NCBI GenBank assembly: GCA_028534125.1
Contig: CM052817.1
Location: 78,122,001 to 78,186,000 of the forward strand
Length of the DNA: 64,000 nt
Direction of reading: 5' to 3'
Source of the DNA: Lama glama
Taxonomy: Eukaryota
Below the pieces are notes generated by a model. The model made no database searches, was not told where the DNA came from, and saw only the letters and a program-made list of their open reading frames with translations. The translations under genes were made by a program, and so were the position numbers. How positions within the stretch are numbered: the first letter of the stretch is position 1; every line of letters starts with the position of its first letter. Below, piece by piece: positions 28,108-40,860 of the stretch.

Positions 28108-28699
28108 GAAATAGGTGTGAGAGATTAAGAGATACCAACTTTCAGTTACAAAATAAATCACGAGTATGAAGTGTACACTGAGGGGAATATAGTCAATGAT
28201 TATGTAATATCTTTGTATGGAATAGATGGTAACTAGACTCAGTATGGTGATCATTTTGAAATGTACAGAAATATCGAATCACTGTTTTGTTTACCAGGAA
28301 CTAATATAGTGTTGTAGTCAATTATACTTCAAAAACAAGAGAAAAAATAAACAAACTCATTGAAAAAGAGATTAGATTTGTAGGTACCAGAGGCAGAGGA
28401 TGGGAGGAGGGGGAATTGGATAAAGGTAGTCAAAAGATACAAACTTCCAATTATATGGTAAGTACTAGGGATGCAATGTTCAGTATGATAAATATAATTA
28501 ACACTACTAAATGTGATATGTGAAAGTTGTCAAGAGAGTAAAACCCTAAGCATTCTCATCACAAGAAAAATTTTTTTCTTTTTCTTTCATTTTTTATCCA
28601 AATGAGATTATGTATGTAAGCCAAATCATTGTGCTGTACAGCTTAAACCTACATAGTTCTGTATGCCAATTATATCTCACTAAAACTAGGAGAAAAAAA
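28108..28699 (+). mobile_element. Laurasiatherian-type L1 3' UTR with internally duplicated tail structure
   Basis: gattaagagataccaactttcagttacaaaataaat...gaaatatcgaatcactg...gataaaggtagtcaaaagatacaaacttcc...attatatctcactaaaactaggagaaaaaaa. Confidence 0.85.
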
Positions 28700-28989
28700 G
28701 GAATAAGTTTTATCAGTTGTACAATTCTTTTTTTCAAATAAAATTTCTACTCAGTGAAGTTAAAGTAAATCTTTTAAAACTATAGTCATTGCCATTTAGA
28801 AATTAAAAGACCTTTAATATTTATTTAGTGTGGGGACTCTTCACATCTTTCATGCCCTCATCCTTTGGTGTGGTATGAAGAAGCCTACAGCTCAAACACC
28901 ACAAAATACAATTCAGAGGCTTATGAAGAAAACTGATTGTACTAAAATATCTATTAAAATATGTTTAAAAATAAATTTGTGGCATAATA

Positions 28990-30331
28990 GGGGGAGAGAA
29001 GCAAGATGGCGGAATAGAAGGACACTTCTAGCTCACCCTCTCCCACAAATACAACAAAACTCACATCTATGGACCTACTCAGCCAACCAAAGCACCTGCT
29101 GAACTCCAACAGAACATCACCCTCTTCAAAACATAAAGACACCAAAAATCTGGTAGGAGAAAAGGAATAAAGAAAGAAGAAAAGGCAAAACAGTGTGGGA
29201 CCGATCCTGCGGGGAGGGAGTGGCAAAGGAGGACTGGAGCTCGTTTGCTGGGACTTTCTCCTCCAACGGAGAGGCCAGCAGGACAGAGGGGGAGCCTCCA
29301 AGGCTCAGATCTGCTCCAAGCACCCCTTGACTGACAGAACTGAGTTAAATGGGCACAAAGGGTCCTCGCAACACCCAGCCCGAGACGCGAGCTGGCAGCT
29401 GGGGGCCGAGACAGGCCGCCTGAGCCAGGTGGAGGACTGGGGTGGCTGCACTGGGGCAGCCCTGGGAGACTGCAGGGAGCTGCGCACCGTGGCTGGGAGG
29501 GGATACGGAGCAGAACAACCTCAGTCCCCCATAAATTGTGAAAATAAAAGCAACATGGCTGGTGTGTCCTGGGGGGAGGGGCACCATACCCTTTGTCTCC
29601 CCAGACCTGTGCCACCATTACTGGTGTTTCTCCCAAGAAGAGAGGCGGGGCGCAGCCACAGCTGCCATCTCCTCCTGTGTGCAGCGCCCGGGCGGGGGTG
29701 GAGCCGAGCCCTGAATTCTCACTTGAGAGCTCCGCAACCTCCTGGACAGGACTGAGACTTGTTTACAGCCCGAGGCAGATAGGATCTTTCTGCCCTGGCA
29801 CCTCAGAGAGCTTGCACCACCGAGACAAACAAGGAGCTGAGATTTGGCACGGAGCAGGGGCGGAGCTCTTCCGTGATCTTCCCTGAGCCCGTCTTCGGAG
29901 CGCTGATCTGAGGTGGAGGGGGCAGCTGCACAGAGTAGCAGAACGACCGGTGCCGGGAGAGGGCAGGCCGCCACTCGCCTTCCTGGCAGGAATGCAGCAC
30001 CTGACCATGGTGCTGGGAGGGGGTGTGATCTGCCCACCTGCCTCCCTCGAGCGCAGCATCTGACTGCGGCATTGGGAGGGGGAGTGACCTACCTGACCAC
30101 CGGGTAAGAGCTCAGTACCTGACCCAGTGTTGGGAGGGGGTGCGATCTGCTAGCTGACAGCCACTGGGAGCAGCACAGATGAGGGCGCCAACAGACGGCC
30201 TCTGGAAACAGCAAGCTGAATTTGTGAAATAGGGAGAAGACACAAAGACCTCTTGATAAAATCATTAAGAGCACACCATCTCCAGGAGAACTAGATAACT
30301 GATACTCCTTAAGCCACAGTGCTGGAGAGAT
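28990..30331 (+). promoter_or_regulatory. L1 5' UTR internal promoter, CpG-rich, with YY1 motif
   Basis: caagatggcgg at 29002-29012 matches the YY1 site that positions L1 initiation; this is the only strongly GC/CpG-rich block in the window. Confidence 0.8.
29935..30176 (+). repeat. ~59 bp degenerate tandem repeat x4 inside the L1 5' UTR
   Basis: Units start at 29935, 29994, 30053, 30112 (partial at 30170), consensus about gcagcacctgacc..tgctgggagggggtgtgatctgc. Confidence 0.8.
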
Positions 30332-31233
30332 ATGAGCAATATGAAGAAGCAGAGGAACCACTCCCAATTAAAAGATCAAAAGAAATCTCCTGAAAGCATG
30401 AGCAAGGAAATAGACATTGATGGCCTACTAGATCAAGATTTCAAAAAAGGAGTGATCAGAGTACTGAAGGAACTAAAAGAAATAGTGTTTAGAGATGTAA
30501 AATATGTCAAAAATGAAATAGAAGCTATAAAGAAGAAACAAGTAGAATTAGTAAACTCATTTGCTGAGATGAGAGCTGACCTAAAGTCTGTACAAAGCAG
30601 GCTAGATAATGCAGAGGAACAAATAAGTGACCTAGAAGACAGGACAACAGAAAGCACCCAATCAGAACAGCTGAGAGAAAAACAAATAAAAAACATTAAA
30701 AACAACATAAGGGACCTATGACATAATACAAAACGTGCCAATCTATGCATAACAGGGGTTCCAGAAGGGGAAGAAAGAACAAAGGGGATTGAAAAGGTAT
30801 TTGAAGAAGTCATGACAGAAAACTTCCCAAACCTAAAGAAGGAATCAGATATCCAAATACAGGAGGGTCAGAGGGTCCCAAACAGGAAGAACCCAAACAG
30901 ACCCACAGCAAGACATATCATAATCAAAATGGCCAGAGTCAAGGATAAAGAAAGGATCCTAAAGGCAGCAAGAGAAAAACAAAGAGTGAGTTACAAGGGA
31001 ACCCCCATAAGGCTCTCAGCTGACTTCTCTACACAAACACTACAGTCCAGAAGGGAGTGGCAAGATATATTCAAAGTCCTGAATGAAAAAAAGATGCAGC
31101 CTAGGATACTCTATCCAGCAAGGCTATCCTTTAGAATAGAAGGAGAGCGAAAGAACTTCACAGACAAGCAAAAACTGAAAGAGTTTAGCAACAATAAACC
31201 ATGCTAAAAGAAATAGTGACAGGTCTACTCTAA
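30332..31233 (+). pseudogene. L1 ORF1p (coiled coil, RRM, CTD), disabled by one nonsense codon and one late frameshift
   Basis: ORF-track 30332-30721 and 30812-31207 are in the same frame; motifs RLDNAEEQISDLED, GVPEGEE, ENFPNL, RILKAAREK, PIRLSADFS, SRREW, YPARLSF. TGA at 30719-30721 replaces the W of DLWD; a 1-bp loss near 31200 hides the end MLKEIVTGLL*. Confidence 0.93.
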
Positions 31234-31371
31234 ATAGAAAAGTAGGATGCTACAAAAATGAGAAACTCATAAATGGAAAGGAAATGACTGCCATGAATTA
31301 CAAAAAGAATAAACACAAAATTTTAAAAGAAGACATCTAAATCATTAAGAGTGGGAGAGGGAAGCAAGGAA

Positions 31372-31741
31372 AGCCACTGTGGAAAACAGTATGGAGATTC
31401 CTCAAAAGACTAGGAATAGACTTACCATATGACCCAGGAATCCTGCTCCTGGGCATAAATCCAGAAGGATCCCTACTTCAGGGTGACACCTGCAACCCAG
31501 TGTTCATAGCAGCACTATTTACAATAGCCAAGACATGGAAGCAGCCTAAATGTTCATCAACAGATGACTGAATAAAGAAGAAGTGGTATATTTATATGAT
31601 GGAATACTATTCAGCCACAAAACCCAACACATAATACCATTTGCAGGAACATGGATGTTCCTGGAGAATGTCATTCTAAGTGAAGTAAGCCAGAAAGAGA
31701 AAGAAAAATACCATATGAGATCACTCATATGAAGAATCTAA
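31372..31741 (+). pseudogene. L1 ORF2p C-terminal remnant (~120 codons), with stops
   Basis: Translates PLWKTVWRFLKRLGIDLPYDPGILLLGI...[17 protein letters not shown]..., homologous to the ORF2p C-terminus (QPLWKSVWRFL...[17 protein letters not shown]). Confidence 0.9.
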
Positions 31742-32059
31742 AAAAAACATAAATACAAAACAGAAACAGACTTATAGACATAGAATACAAACTTGTGGTT
31801 GCCAAGGGGGCGGGGAGTGGGAAGAGATAGACTGGGATTTTAAAATACAGAATAGATAAACAAGATTATACTGTATAGCACAGGGAAATATATTCAAGAT
31901 CTTGTGGTAGCTCATAGCAAAAAAAAAGTATGACAATGAACATATATATGTTCATGTATAACTGAAGAATTGTGTTCTACACTAGAATTTGACACAACAT
32001 TGTAAAATGACTATTACTCAATAAAAAATGTAAAAACAAAATTTGTGGCATGACTATAT

Positions 32060-32400
32060 TAGCTTATTTATTATTTACAGTAAATGACAAGATCTAGCAA
32101 CAGATCTAATGGTTGTAATGAATTCAAAGTTGCAATGAAGAAAATTATATTTCAGTATAGCTACAACAACTATGTTATGATACGGAAATATCTGTGATTG
32201 CTGTAGGTAACACAGTTGGAGATAGTGCTGCTACTAATGTATTTTTGTTGCCTGCATCCATAATTGAGGGAATGTTAAATTTCATTTAAGTAATAGTGAA
32301 AACGAAAATATAATGTTTTCCTGCCCAAGTCCACAGACTCTCTCAAATTTATTCATGGGCTCGTTGTGGGGGTCCTTGGCCCTCAGGTGAAGAATTGTTG
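32060..32400. mobile_element. hAT-Charlie DNA transposon remnant (Charlie4-like)
   Basis: gttgcctgcatccataattgagggaatgttaaatttc...ccaagtccacagac...gggggtccttggccctcaggtgaagaa resembles a Charlie terminus (ggaccccaggttaagaacc). Confidence 0.65.
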
Positions 32401-32411
32401 TTCTGTATAAT

Positions 32412-32510
32412 CTTCCCATTATCCGTATGAGGAAACTGAGGCCCATCAGGGATTTGCCACAATTCAGACAGCTAGGTAGTGAGAGAAAGGCTAGAACCCT
32501 CCATCTTCAG
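32412..32510 (-). mobile_element. MIR SINE
   Basis: atgaggaaactgaggccc...gatttgccacaattcagacagctaggtagtg. Confidence 0.75.
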
Positions 32511-33719
32511 TTGGCTTTTCCTGTAGTCCTTGTAGAACATCGGGAGGTGTTCACATCAACCTCAGCATGAAGTTGCAGAGTTTTATTTAATTCTGTTTTA
32601 AACCATATGTTAAAAATACTGATTTATAAAAGCAAACCATTTTACAAATGGTTGCCGGGGACTCCAGGAGAAGAAAATTTAGCACAATCACTTTCTTCCT
32701 TAGCGCTCATAGTGGGAAATCTAATGAGCTGCTTAGGTTCATAGTGAAGACTAGCAACACAGTTCCTTTCTAGAACTAAACATTCCTGTTTCTGTTTTTT
32801 GTGGCTCGTGATTCTTTCTGCATAGATCACTGTATCCACTTTTGCAATAATGAGGATTGTAAAATGGCCAGGACATTCATCCCTTTCTTTCAGGAAAGTA
32901 GATTGCCATCAAGAACTATGATTCAATATACTTTGGCTAAATGAGATTCCCAACTGTAAGCAGATGAACATATATTCCCTGTAGAAGCTGCAGGGACTAA
33001 GACTGTGAAATGTAGAGAGTATATGTAACTTGATCAGATGCCATGTTTGCCAATGCATTCAGATCCCAGGTTGATTAGTGAAGAAAAAATAGATGTTCTT
33101 AGTTTTTAAATTTCTAGATTAAATTTGCAATTTATAACCATTGCTAACAGAAAAAATTCTTCAGAAACTAAAGCTAAATTGATGGAATAATTTTAAAAGC
33201 TAAGGAATGCAATACAGGGAACTAGCAAGACTGAAAGATGCTGCCATGACATATCCATCAAAAAAGATTTGATTAAGTTTTCAGAAAGCTGCATAAAGAG
33301 AGAAAGCAAGTAGAATGTGTTGTATTTCTGATTGGTTTGCCCAAATTATACTTCTGTAGACACAGGGACTAGATCACTTCTATATAGTTGTATTATCTAT
33401 CATATCTGGCTGAGTGGAATTCTGTTTGCAGCAAATGCTTGGTGAAATAGGAAACCTAAGAATTCTGAGCTGAAAGAGACCTCAGAAATAATCTAATCCA
33501 ACCTCCTCCTTTATAGAAGGTGAAAAATCACTCTAATTTAGTGTAGCCTTGGCTCAGAATATTTTAAACATATTTTATCAAGTTTTAATTATTAGGCAAC
33601 TGAGAAAGATTTCTCACCATATACTAGAAAAAGCATCTGGCCAATTTCAGAGATGCCATTGAAATTAACATTCTTGGTGCTATATTAACTTTTAGAACAA
33701 TTTTTTGAATTGGGTAATA

Positions 33720-33835
33720 CTACTTTCATTTTCAGACAAGGAAATGAATGTGTGGGAAGGCTGATTAACTAACCAAAGGTTAAAAAAGGTAGCAATTGGC
33801 AGAGCCAGGATTCAGACCAACTCTGTGCACCTTGA
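33720..33835 (-). mobile_element. MIR SINE
   Basis: cattttcagacaaggaaatgaa...ggcagagccaggattcagacc. Confidence 0.7.
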
Positions 33836-35189
33836 AACCCCATTATCCTGAAAGGAAGAGAGGAGGTGGAGAGAAAAAGTAAAGACAGAGGATGTAAAAT
33901 CAGTAAACACAGTAAAACCAGAAAATAAGATGAAGGAATGACTATGAATAAAGGCTCATTTCTCTCATTAGGCAGCTCTGATAAGTTGCATTAGCTTCTT
34001 ATATTCCACACAGAAAGGATTTAATGTAGGTATGTATACATTTGACTCACCATCTCTGCAGTCCCCAGGAGGAGGAAACTAGTGCCTCCTGGGAAGTGGG
34101 AGGAACTGGGGAGAGAAGACTAAAGGTCTAGAGGTGGATCTTACCAAAATTTCTTTAGTGATTCAGAGGTCAACCTTACCCTTCTTGTTTTTGTTCCATA
34201 TATGGATTCCTTTACCTGTATAATGTAATATTTAATGTTAGGCTATACTTCAAAGACTTATTTGGTAAGATGCTAAACTAGAAGAGTTTTAATAGGGCTC
34301 TAATAGGAAGTTACACAATAGAAATTCTTAGGACTTACTATATCAGATGTGTAAAAATAAGTTTAAAATTATTTAAGATTTACAAACAGGTTTTGATATT
34401 AAATGAAATTCTGTGGTTACTAATCTGGTTCAAATTACCTTTGAGTAAGCAGCTGATTTAAAAAATAATCCACCAAGCAACATCTTCATTCCCAAACTAT
34501 ACCTAAAACTACTCACAATCAACTCTGCCTGACTCACTCTTAGTTGATAAACACTTTTTATTTGAGTTGGAAACATATTTATGACTAACAGCATTGTTTA
34601 TGTTAAGACCAATTCACTTTTTCACTTGGGAGGCTGCATTAGAGGAGAAAAAGGAGTAATGTCTGTCCTCTACTTGGCAAGAACGTATTTTCAATTCCTC
34701 TAAACTTCCTGTATTAGAACTTCATTAATCAATATGAACTAGATGAGAAATTCATGCTCAAGTAAGGCAAGTGCCAAGATCTTAAAATACGTTCTATGGG
34801 TCATGGCCAAAAATGTAACCTTGGTCAAGACTTAAATATCAACACACTAGATGATAGGTCAGTTGCCAAATCATAAAATACAGCAAACTTTAAAGAGAGA
34901 ATATTTTGACTATTTCTATGATGGTCCAAATATGATTGATGGAGACACTCAGTCCAAATGAATGGCTGATTAACTGTAATAATGTTTTAATGAAATTATG
35001 AGACCTTTGAAGTTTAGTGTCACTACAATTCTTTGTCAGACCAGTAAGACAAAAGTTTAATGTTTGGATTTCTCACTTAATCACTGTTGGTTGCCTATAC
35101 TACAGAGTTCCAAACTATCTTCTTTGCTTATGGAATCTAGATTTTGGTCATGAACGTAGGGGTCATATATTTCAGAAGAAATTGGACAC

Positions 35190-35655
35190 CTCCATAACTC
35201 TAGGCTGAAAATCATGGTTAGTTTTAGTCAATCATAGTAATCTCTTTCCCCTTACCCATGATCACTTTAGTTTCAGCATGTGATTCATCTCTAGCCAACG
35301 AACTTTGAAGGGGACTCTATTATTGCCTATCATTTAGGACAGGAAAGAAAACAGTACTATATATTATATTGAAGAAAACTACTTCCTCACTCTGGAATCC
35401 ATTCTGTGAGATGCTTGACATCAGGCTAGATATCTTGTCACCATGAAGGACAAATATGAAGTCAAAGTCAAGATACTGAGGATATAAGAGCTAAAACATG
35501 ACCCTCGGTCAACTATTTATGTACTACATTTAATACTTTGAAATAGCCCAACTCCTAATTCTTTGATATGTGAAATAAATGGGTATTGTTAATGTCAACC
35601 TTCAGAATTAATATAGTTAATATCATTGCAGCTACAAACATTCTAACTAAAGCAT
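35190..35655 (+). mobile_element. MaLR LTR (old MLT1J/K/L-like)
   Basis: agtcaatcatagtaatctctttcccctt...atcttgtcaccatgaaggaca...ttgcagctacaaacattctaactaaagca (MLT1 3' end). Confidence 0.65.
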
Positions 35656-35864
35656 TCACCTCGCAGTAGTCTTGGGCTCCCAAGAGTTATACTGGAAGAA
35701 GTTCTCTAGTTATTGGCACGTTTTTTATTCCTGACTTGAGGTTCTGTCCCAGAATTCATTCTTTCCTACTTGTGCTTGACCTACTACTAGACTAAAACAT
35801 AAAAGTCCATTTCATTGCTCTTCATGGATTATTTCTTTCTGCGGTCTTCAAGCATAGATAATAT

Positions 35865-36135
35865 GATTAATTCATTCATAAAATTATTTATTGAGTACAC
35901 AATCATGACAAGCCTTGAATAGGTAAGGTGATGGAGATAAAAACTGAATATGATGCAACCTCCTTCCTGAACAACTCACATTCTAGTGCAGAGACAAATG
36001 GGTAGTCCATATGAACAATATGTCATAGACGGATGCACCAGTTGTTCAGGTTGTTTGTGAGTGCTATGTATATAGGCAATAGGAACTTCAGAGTGGGTGA
36101 GTGTGGGGAGTTCAGGAAAAGCCTTCTGGCTAACA
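35865..36135 (-). mobile_element. L2 3' end
   Basis: attcattcataaaattatttattgagtac...ctcacattctagtgcagagac...tcaggaaaagccttctgg. Confidence 0.7.
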
Positions 36136-36999
36136 CCAACCAGGGCCAGAAGCCCACAAAAGTACATCAAGTCAAGCATTAAGCCCCTTCTTTGTTCTCT
36201 ACCTCATCCCTAAATTTCTCCAGGATCACATGTGTTTGCAAACTAAAGTCACCGATTAACTACAGCACAAACCACTTTTGCTCAAACTTGAAAAGAGACA
36301 TTTGGAAGAATAAAACTGGAGGAGGGTAAAAATCTTTTTACCAAAAAAGACTCTCCAGAACTCTTCCACAAACACACTGCTTCATATTTTTGTGCTTTTT
36401 CCTTTGTCTTTTCTCCTTAGTTTTTTTCGATGTGTGGTCTTTATAACTAGGAGATTCCCTGAAGGGTGTGGAGTGGAATGTCAAACCAGCATTGCGGCAT
36501 GCTTTGCCAAGAGTCGTCATGGCTTCCATCTGCCTTTAGAACCATTAGCTTTGAGATCAGTTATGCTATCCCTTTTATTTTGCAGATCAGGAAGATAAGG
36601 CCAAAAAACATTAACTTCCCCATACTCACATAATTGGTAAGAGGCAATTAGTGTCAAGCCCCCTGGTTTTTCCACTATGTCATTTTATTACTTAACTATT
36701 ATTTTCTGAAAATAGGACATCTGTGACTCCACTTGAAATATTGAGCAATAATCATTGGATAATTGTTCATTATTTAACCAAGTTTAAGACAACGTTCATA
36801 TAAAACTCTGTCATATAGACTAACATCTCAGTAGCTGAACAGCACCTCTCTTGAACAAGCTAAAAAACATCATCCAATTAGGGTTCTACATTAAAAGAAG
36901 AGATATTCCTTCTACTCACCTCCCACAGTATCTTATCCACATTTTCCTTTTTTTTTTTTTTTTGAGTCCACTACATCAATTTTGACAAAGAGATAAAGA

Positions 37000-37200
37000 C
37001 TGTAGAAACTGACTGGTTATAAGCTGGTTCTAAAGCTCACCAATCAAGTGCTATTGGACAAGTAATTCAAGCCTTAGTTTCCTCATCTATGAGATGCAAA
37101 TTATAATTTTTCCTTAAAACTAATCCCCTTTATGAGGACTAAATGAGATAACGTATGTAGTGCTTAATACAGCATGCTCACAAAGAATTGACTATAAGAT
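37000..37200 (+). mobile_element. MIR SINE
   Basis: gccttagtttcctcatctatgagatg...atgaggactaaatgagataacgtatgtagtgcttaatacag. Confidence 0.8.
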
Positions 37201-40200
37201 AGACGTTATCTTAATAATGATTGCTTCTAATTTAAATCAACAGAGATGAGAGGTGGGAGTCATTAAAGTTGTTTTGCGAGTTACTTTTGCCACAGTTCTG
37301 GTTGGTGCTCTCTGAAACTCTTCATTAAAAGTATGAACTTTGTGTTTGTTGATCATGATATAGCAAAATAAACAGTGCCTATCAAACATCTCTCGTTTTC
37401 TGATTTCTTGTGGTAGTTACTACTCTATGCCTGGGGTTTTGCTTGTTTCTTTGCATTACAGACCGTGGGTACTCTCTGAGCATAGAGTTTGAGTCACTTA
37501 TCATAATTCCCACATCAATAATAGATACTCAGTGAATTCCTGATGGTAATGAGTCTAAATTGTTTACATGAGTTCATGACTCTCTACCCTGGAACATGCT
37601 CACTTTTTATAACTTTCCAAGAAGGAAAATAGATACTTAAATGCAACAGGAAATGTTAACTTGTTAAAGATTTGATTAACTTCCAAATCATATGTGAAGG
37701 CAAGCTGTGTACTCTTCAAAATTTCCATCTTTCAAAGAGTTTGATCTTGATATGCCTTCACTTCAGTCTACAAAGTTTGAATGATACGAGGAACCACAAG
37801 AGGTTATATTTGGGAATCGTTCCTTACGAAGAATAGAAAGCCATCAATCCAAGAAAAATTAAGTTTATTGGAAAGATACAGGAGAACTTAATTTCTGGGG
37901 TTTGGAGAGTCATTAAATTCTAAACTCTCCATCTCTTTGTCTCTGAAGCTGAAGATTTTTCATCTGTATCTCTTTCTGTGTTTTTACTGTATTTTAATTC
38001 TTGTTTCCTGTTTGTCTTTTAAACATTTTTACTGTTTGATCCCTCACAATTTTGATTTGCAAGTTGATTGGGCTTAGTAATTCACCAGTTTAATCTTTAT
38101 TTCTTATTTAAGAGATAGAAAAATCTTAGTGTCTCAAATTAGCCTACAAATAGTTCCTCTTGAATTGATTATTCATTCCTTCCTTTATCAGTTTAGCTGG
38201 AAATAAAAGGTATCACATTGTAACTACTAGGTAACCAGGGCTCTATACAAAGGAGTAGCTACTCAGAGAGGAAAAGTGTAGGCTAAGAGGTAATATTTAT
38301 GAGTGACATAAGCACTGAAATTCCCTATAACTGTGGACTTGATGACTAAAAAAGCATCAAGATCCATTTTGTTGTATTTTATATGGTCAGAGAGCTTAGT
38401 TCTGCCATGGTTAGAATTCACAGCAAAGGGTACCATTCTTAATCCTTCACAGGACCCCACCGATAGTAGAGGACCAGCAAATACAATGACAGTAATCTTG
38501 TTCTAGTCTGGCTATTTCACTTGAGAATGTTATACTTGTCCAGTTTCTCAGTATTAATGTGAATGGAGTTTCTTTCCTCCATATAGGCTTGTGTAGAGCA
38601 TTGGACATATTTGTGAATCTTGCTTAGAATGAGGAGTATTAGATGAAAAGGTATGGATAAGGCAGTGGAGGAAGCTAAGACCACTCTAGCAAGATGGAAT
38701 GATATTATGATATAAAGATAGATAATCTACCCCAGTTTTTAAGTACTGAAAGCACTTCTAATTCTAGAAATTTTCCTTACTTTCTGAGTTGTGTCATATA
38801 AGCCCTGTACATGTCACTGTTCAAGATTACCATCGGTCTAGTCCAGGATCTGTTTCTCTCAGTCTAGCAAAAGAGAGATGAAATGTATATATCTATGTCA
38901 CTTCTATGAATATTTGCTGATATCCAAAGGCATCACTTTTTAAAAAACTTACCATAGTAATATTTCTGAAAATAGAATTACCACACTGAGGTGAGAATTC
39001 TTTCACTGAACTATAGGTACAAATTTCTGTGACTGACAAATGATACCAAGTTTCCAACACCAGGTCATCAAGAAAAAACTCAGGTAAAAGAGTTGTATAA
39101 AATTTTTTTTTTATTTTAAACAAATGAGTTAAGAGAAGATTCTTTGAGAAAATTAATTATTTTAACATATATTATTTGAAGGATAAAAAGCAATACATTA
39201 ATCAATAGGCACTATCAGAAACTCCCACTCAAGGTTCATATGGAAGATTGAAAGGTGTTCAGTTTAGATTAATTGCTAATCATATTAGTAAACTTGGGAG
39301 TGTTTTGATAAATGCTCATCAGATCTTTTAGACTTTAGACATTTCACTGTCAATGAAGTGGTAATAATGGAAACTTTTCCATTATTTTTTCCTTTACATT
39401 GTAAGTTTGACAAAATACAGAGGAAGAGGTTAAGGACTATATTTTGTCAAGTTAAGTCTTCTTAAATGTTATTTTTAAAAGCATGGTCAGACCACAGATA
39501 TTCATGCATTAATTTAAACTGTGAAGTTTCATTGGGAGCTGCACTATATGTCCAGTTGGCAGTTATGTAAACTGAGGTGGCCAAGGAGTCAACAATTTTT
39601 TTCCCTCCATAATCATTATTCATTTTACAAAAAATTAGTTTTAATGCCATAAAACCATTGCAGGTTAGAGGTTCCAGAAATTCTATATGTTCAGGACCAC
39701 AAAGGCTTTTATCTAACAATGAGTTTTCCATGATAATTCCATCCTTTGATGCTTTTTCTCTGGTTATTTTACAAAGTGGAGATGTTAACTGGGGATCTAC
39801 CATGAGAATCATTACATAAGGTAAAGAAAAGTAAATTTATAACATTCCTTACCTCAAATTTTGACTAATATAAGCTCAATAATTTTAGGCTACTAAAGGC
39901 AAGAAGGAATTTTTCATAAGGATGAAGCCATTTCTCATTGCAGCTTGGGAATTGGTGTATTTGATCTGAAAGGCCTTGTTCTCTATTGAAACCTAATCTC
40001 ACTATTGGATTTTTACTTTATTTTCCTCATGGTAGAAGAAGATTCTCGAGAAAAACTTGATAATTGAAGGATGCTTGCTGGTTAAATAGAAGCCAAAAAA
40101 GAAAAGTAAACCATCAAGGGAAATATCAGTGAAAGACAAATAACAGGATAAAACTTAGAGAAACTGGGAACAATTAACTAGAAAGTCTTGGTGATAAATA

Positions 40201-40609
40201 CCCCAATGTAAGAAGGGATGCCAAAAAAATAATAATAATTATTTACATCCACAGCCTAAATCTAGTAACTCAGGTAGGAAACAAAGAGTATCAGGAAAAA
40301 TGGAATTTACATAAATTTTAAGAGGTTGATATAGATCTAAGAAGAGACCGTGTAGAGCAGGCAGGTATAAAAGCAGAATTGGTTCTTCTCATCCAAAGAG
40401 CATTCTCAGCTGCCATCATGATATGAGGTCGTATTTATTAGTGGGAATGACTTCCCAAATGCGTGTACTTGTCCTGGATTTTCAATATGTATATTGGCAT
40501 GGTGTAAGAGATTATGCAAACTTACGAGAGTATGGAGTGAAAAAATGCATCACTACTTCCAAGCTTCCTGTTCTAAGAGATCCTTGTACAATATCAACAG
40601 TGCCTTCAG

Positions 40610-40860
40610 TCAAACTAATATCCATTGAGTGTTAATTATTCGTTAGGCACTTTTCCAGGCCCTAGGAGTTCAATAATGAACAAAACTGGACTGGAGTCTT
40701 GCCATCCTAGATGTCACTGGCTTAATGGTAGGAGCCAATAAATAAAATAATCACTGAAACATATTAGTTAAAATCATGGTATGGGCAATAATGGAAGAGT
40801 ACAAGGAATAAAGAAAGGGTAGAGAAGGGGGTTCTGATCCAGTTTTCAGAGTTAGAGATT
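40610..40860 (-). mobile_element. L2 3' end
   Basis: attgagtgttaattattcgttaggcacttttccaggccctaggagttcaataatgaacaaaac. Confidence 0.65.

Larger units (their letters stand above)
28990..32038 (+). mobile_element. 5'-complete L1 lacking nearly all of ORF2 (half-L1/HAL1-like structure), flanked by TSD
   Basis: Starts gggggagagaagcaagatggcgg; ~1.34 kb GC-rich 5' UTR; ORF1 30332-31233; ~140 bp of inter-ORF spacer joined at ~31372 to the last ~120 codons of ORF2; 3' UTR, aataaa 32020-32025; TSD aaatttgtggcat at 28973-28985 and 32039-32051. Confidence 0.93.

Noticed and set aside
28954..30367. Many overlapping 90-186 aa ORFs on both strands, including possible ORF0-like antisense ORFs
   Set aside because: Expected from stop-codon scarcity in the GC-rich L1 5' UTR; no recognisable protein motifs.
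30433..30813. 126-aa minus-strand ORF
   Set aside because: Antisense shadow of L1 ORF1.
39462..39812. 116-aa minus-strand ORF in unique sequence
   Set aside because: No recognisable domain or convincing splice boundaries; length is within chance for 64 kb in six frames.
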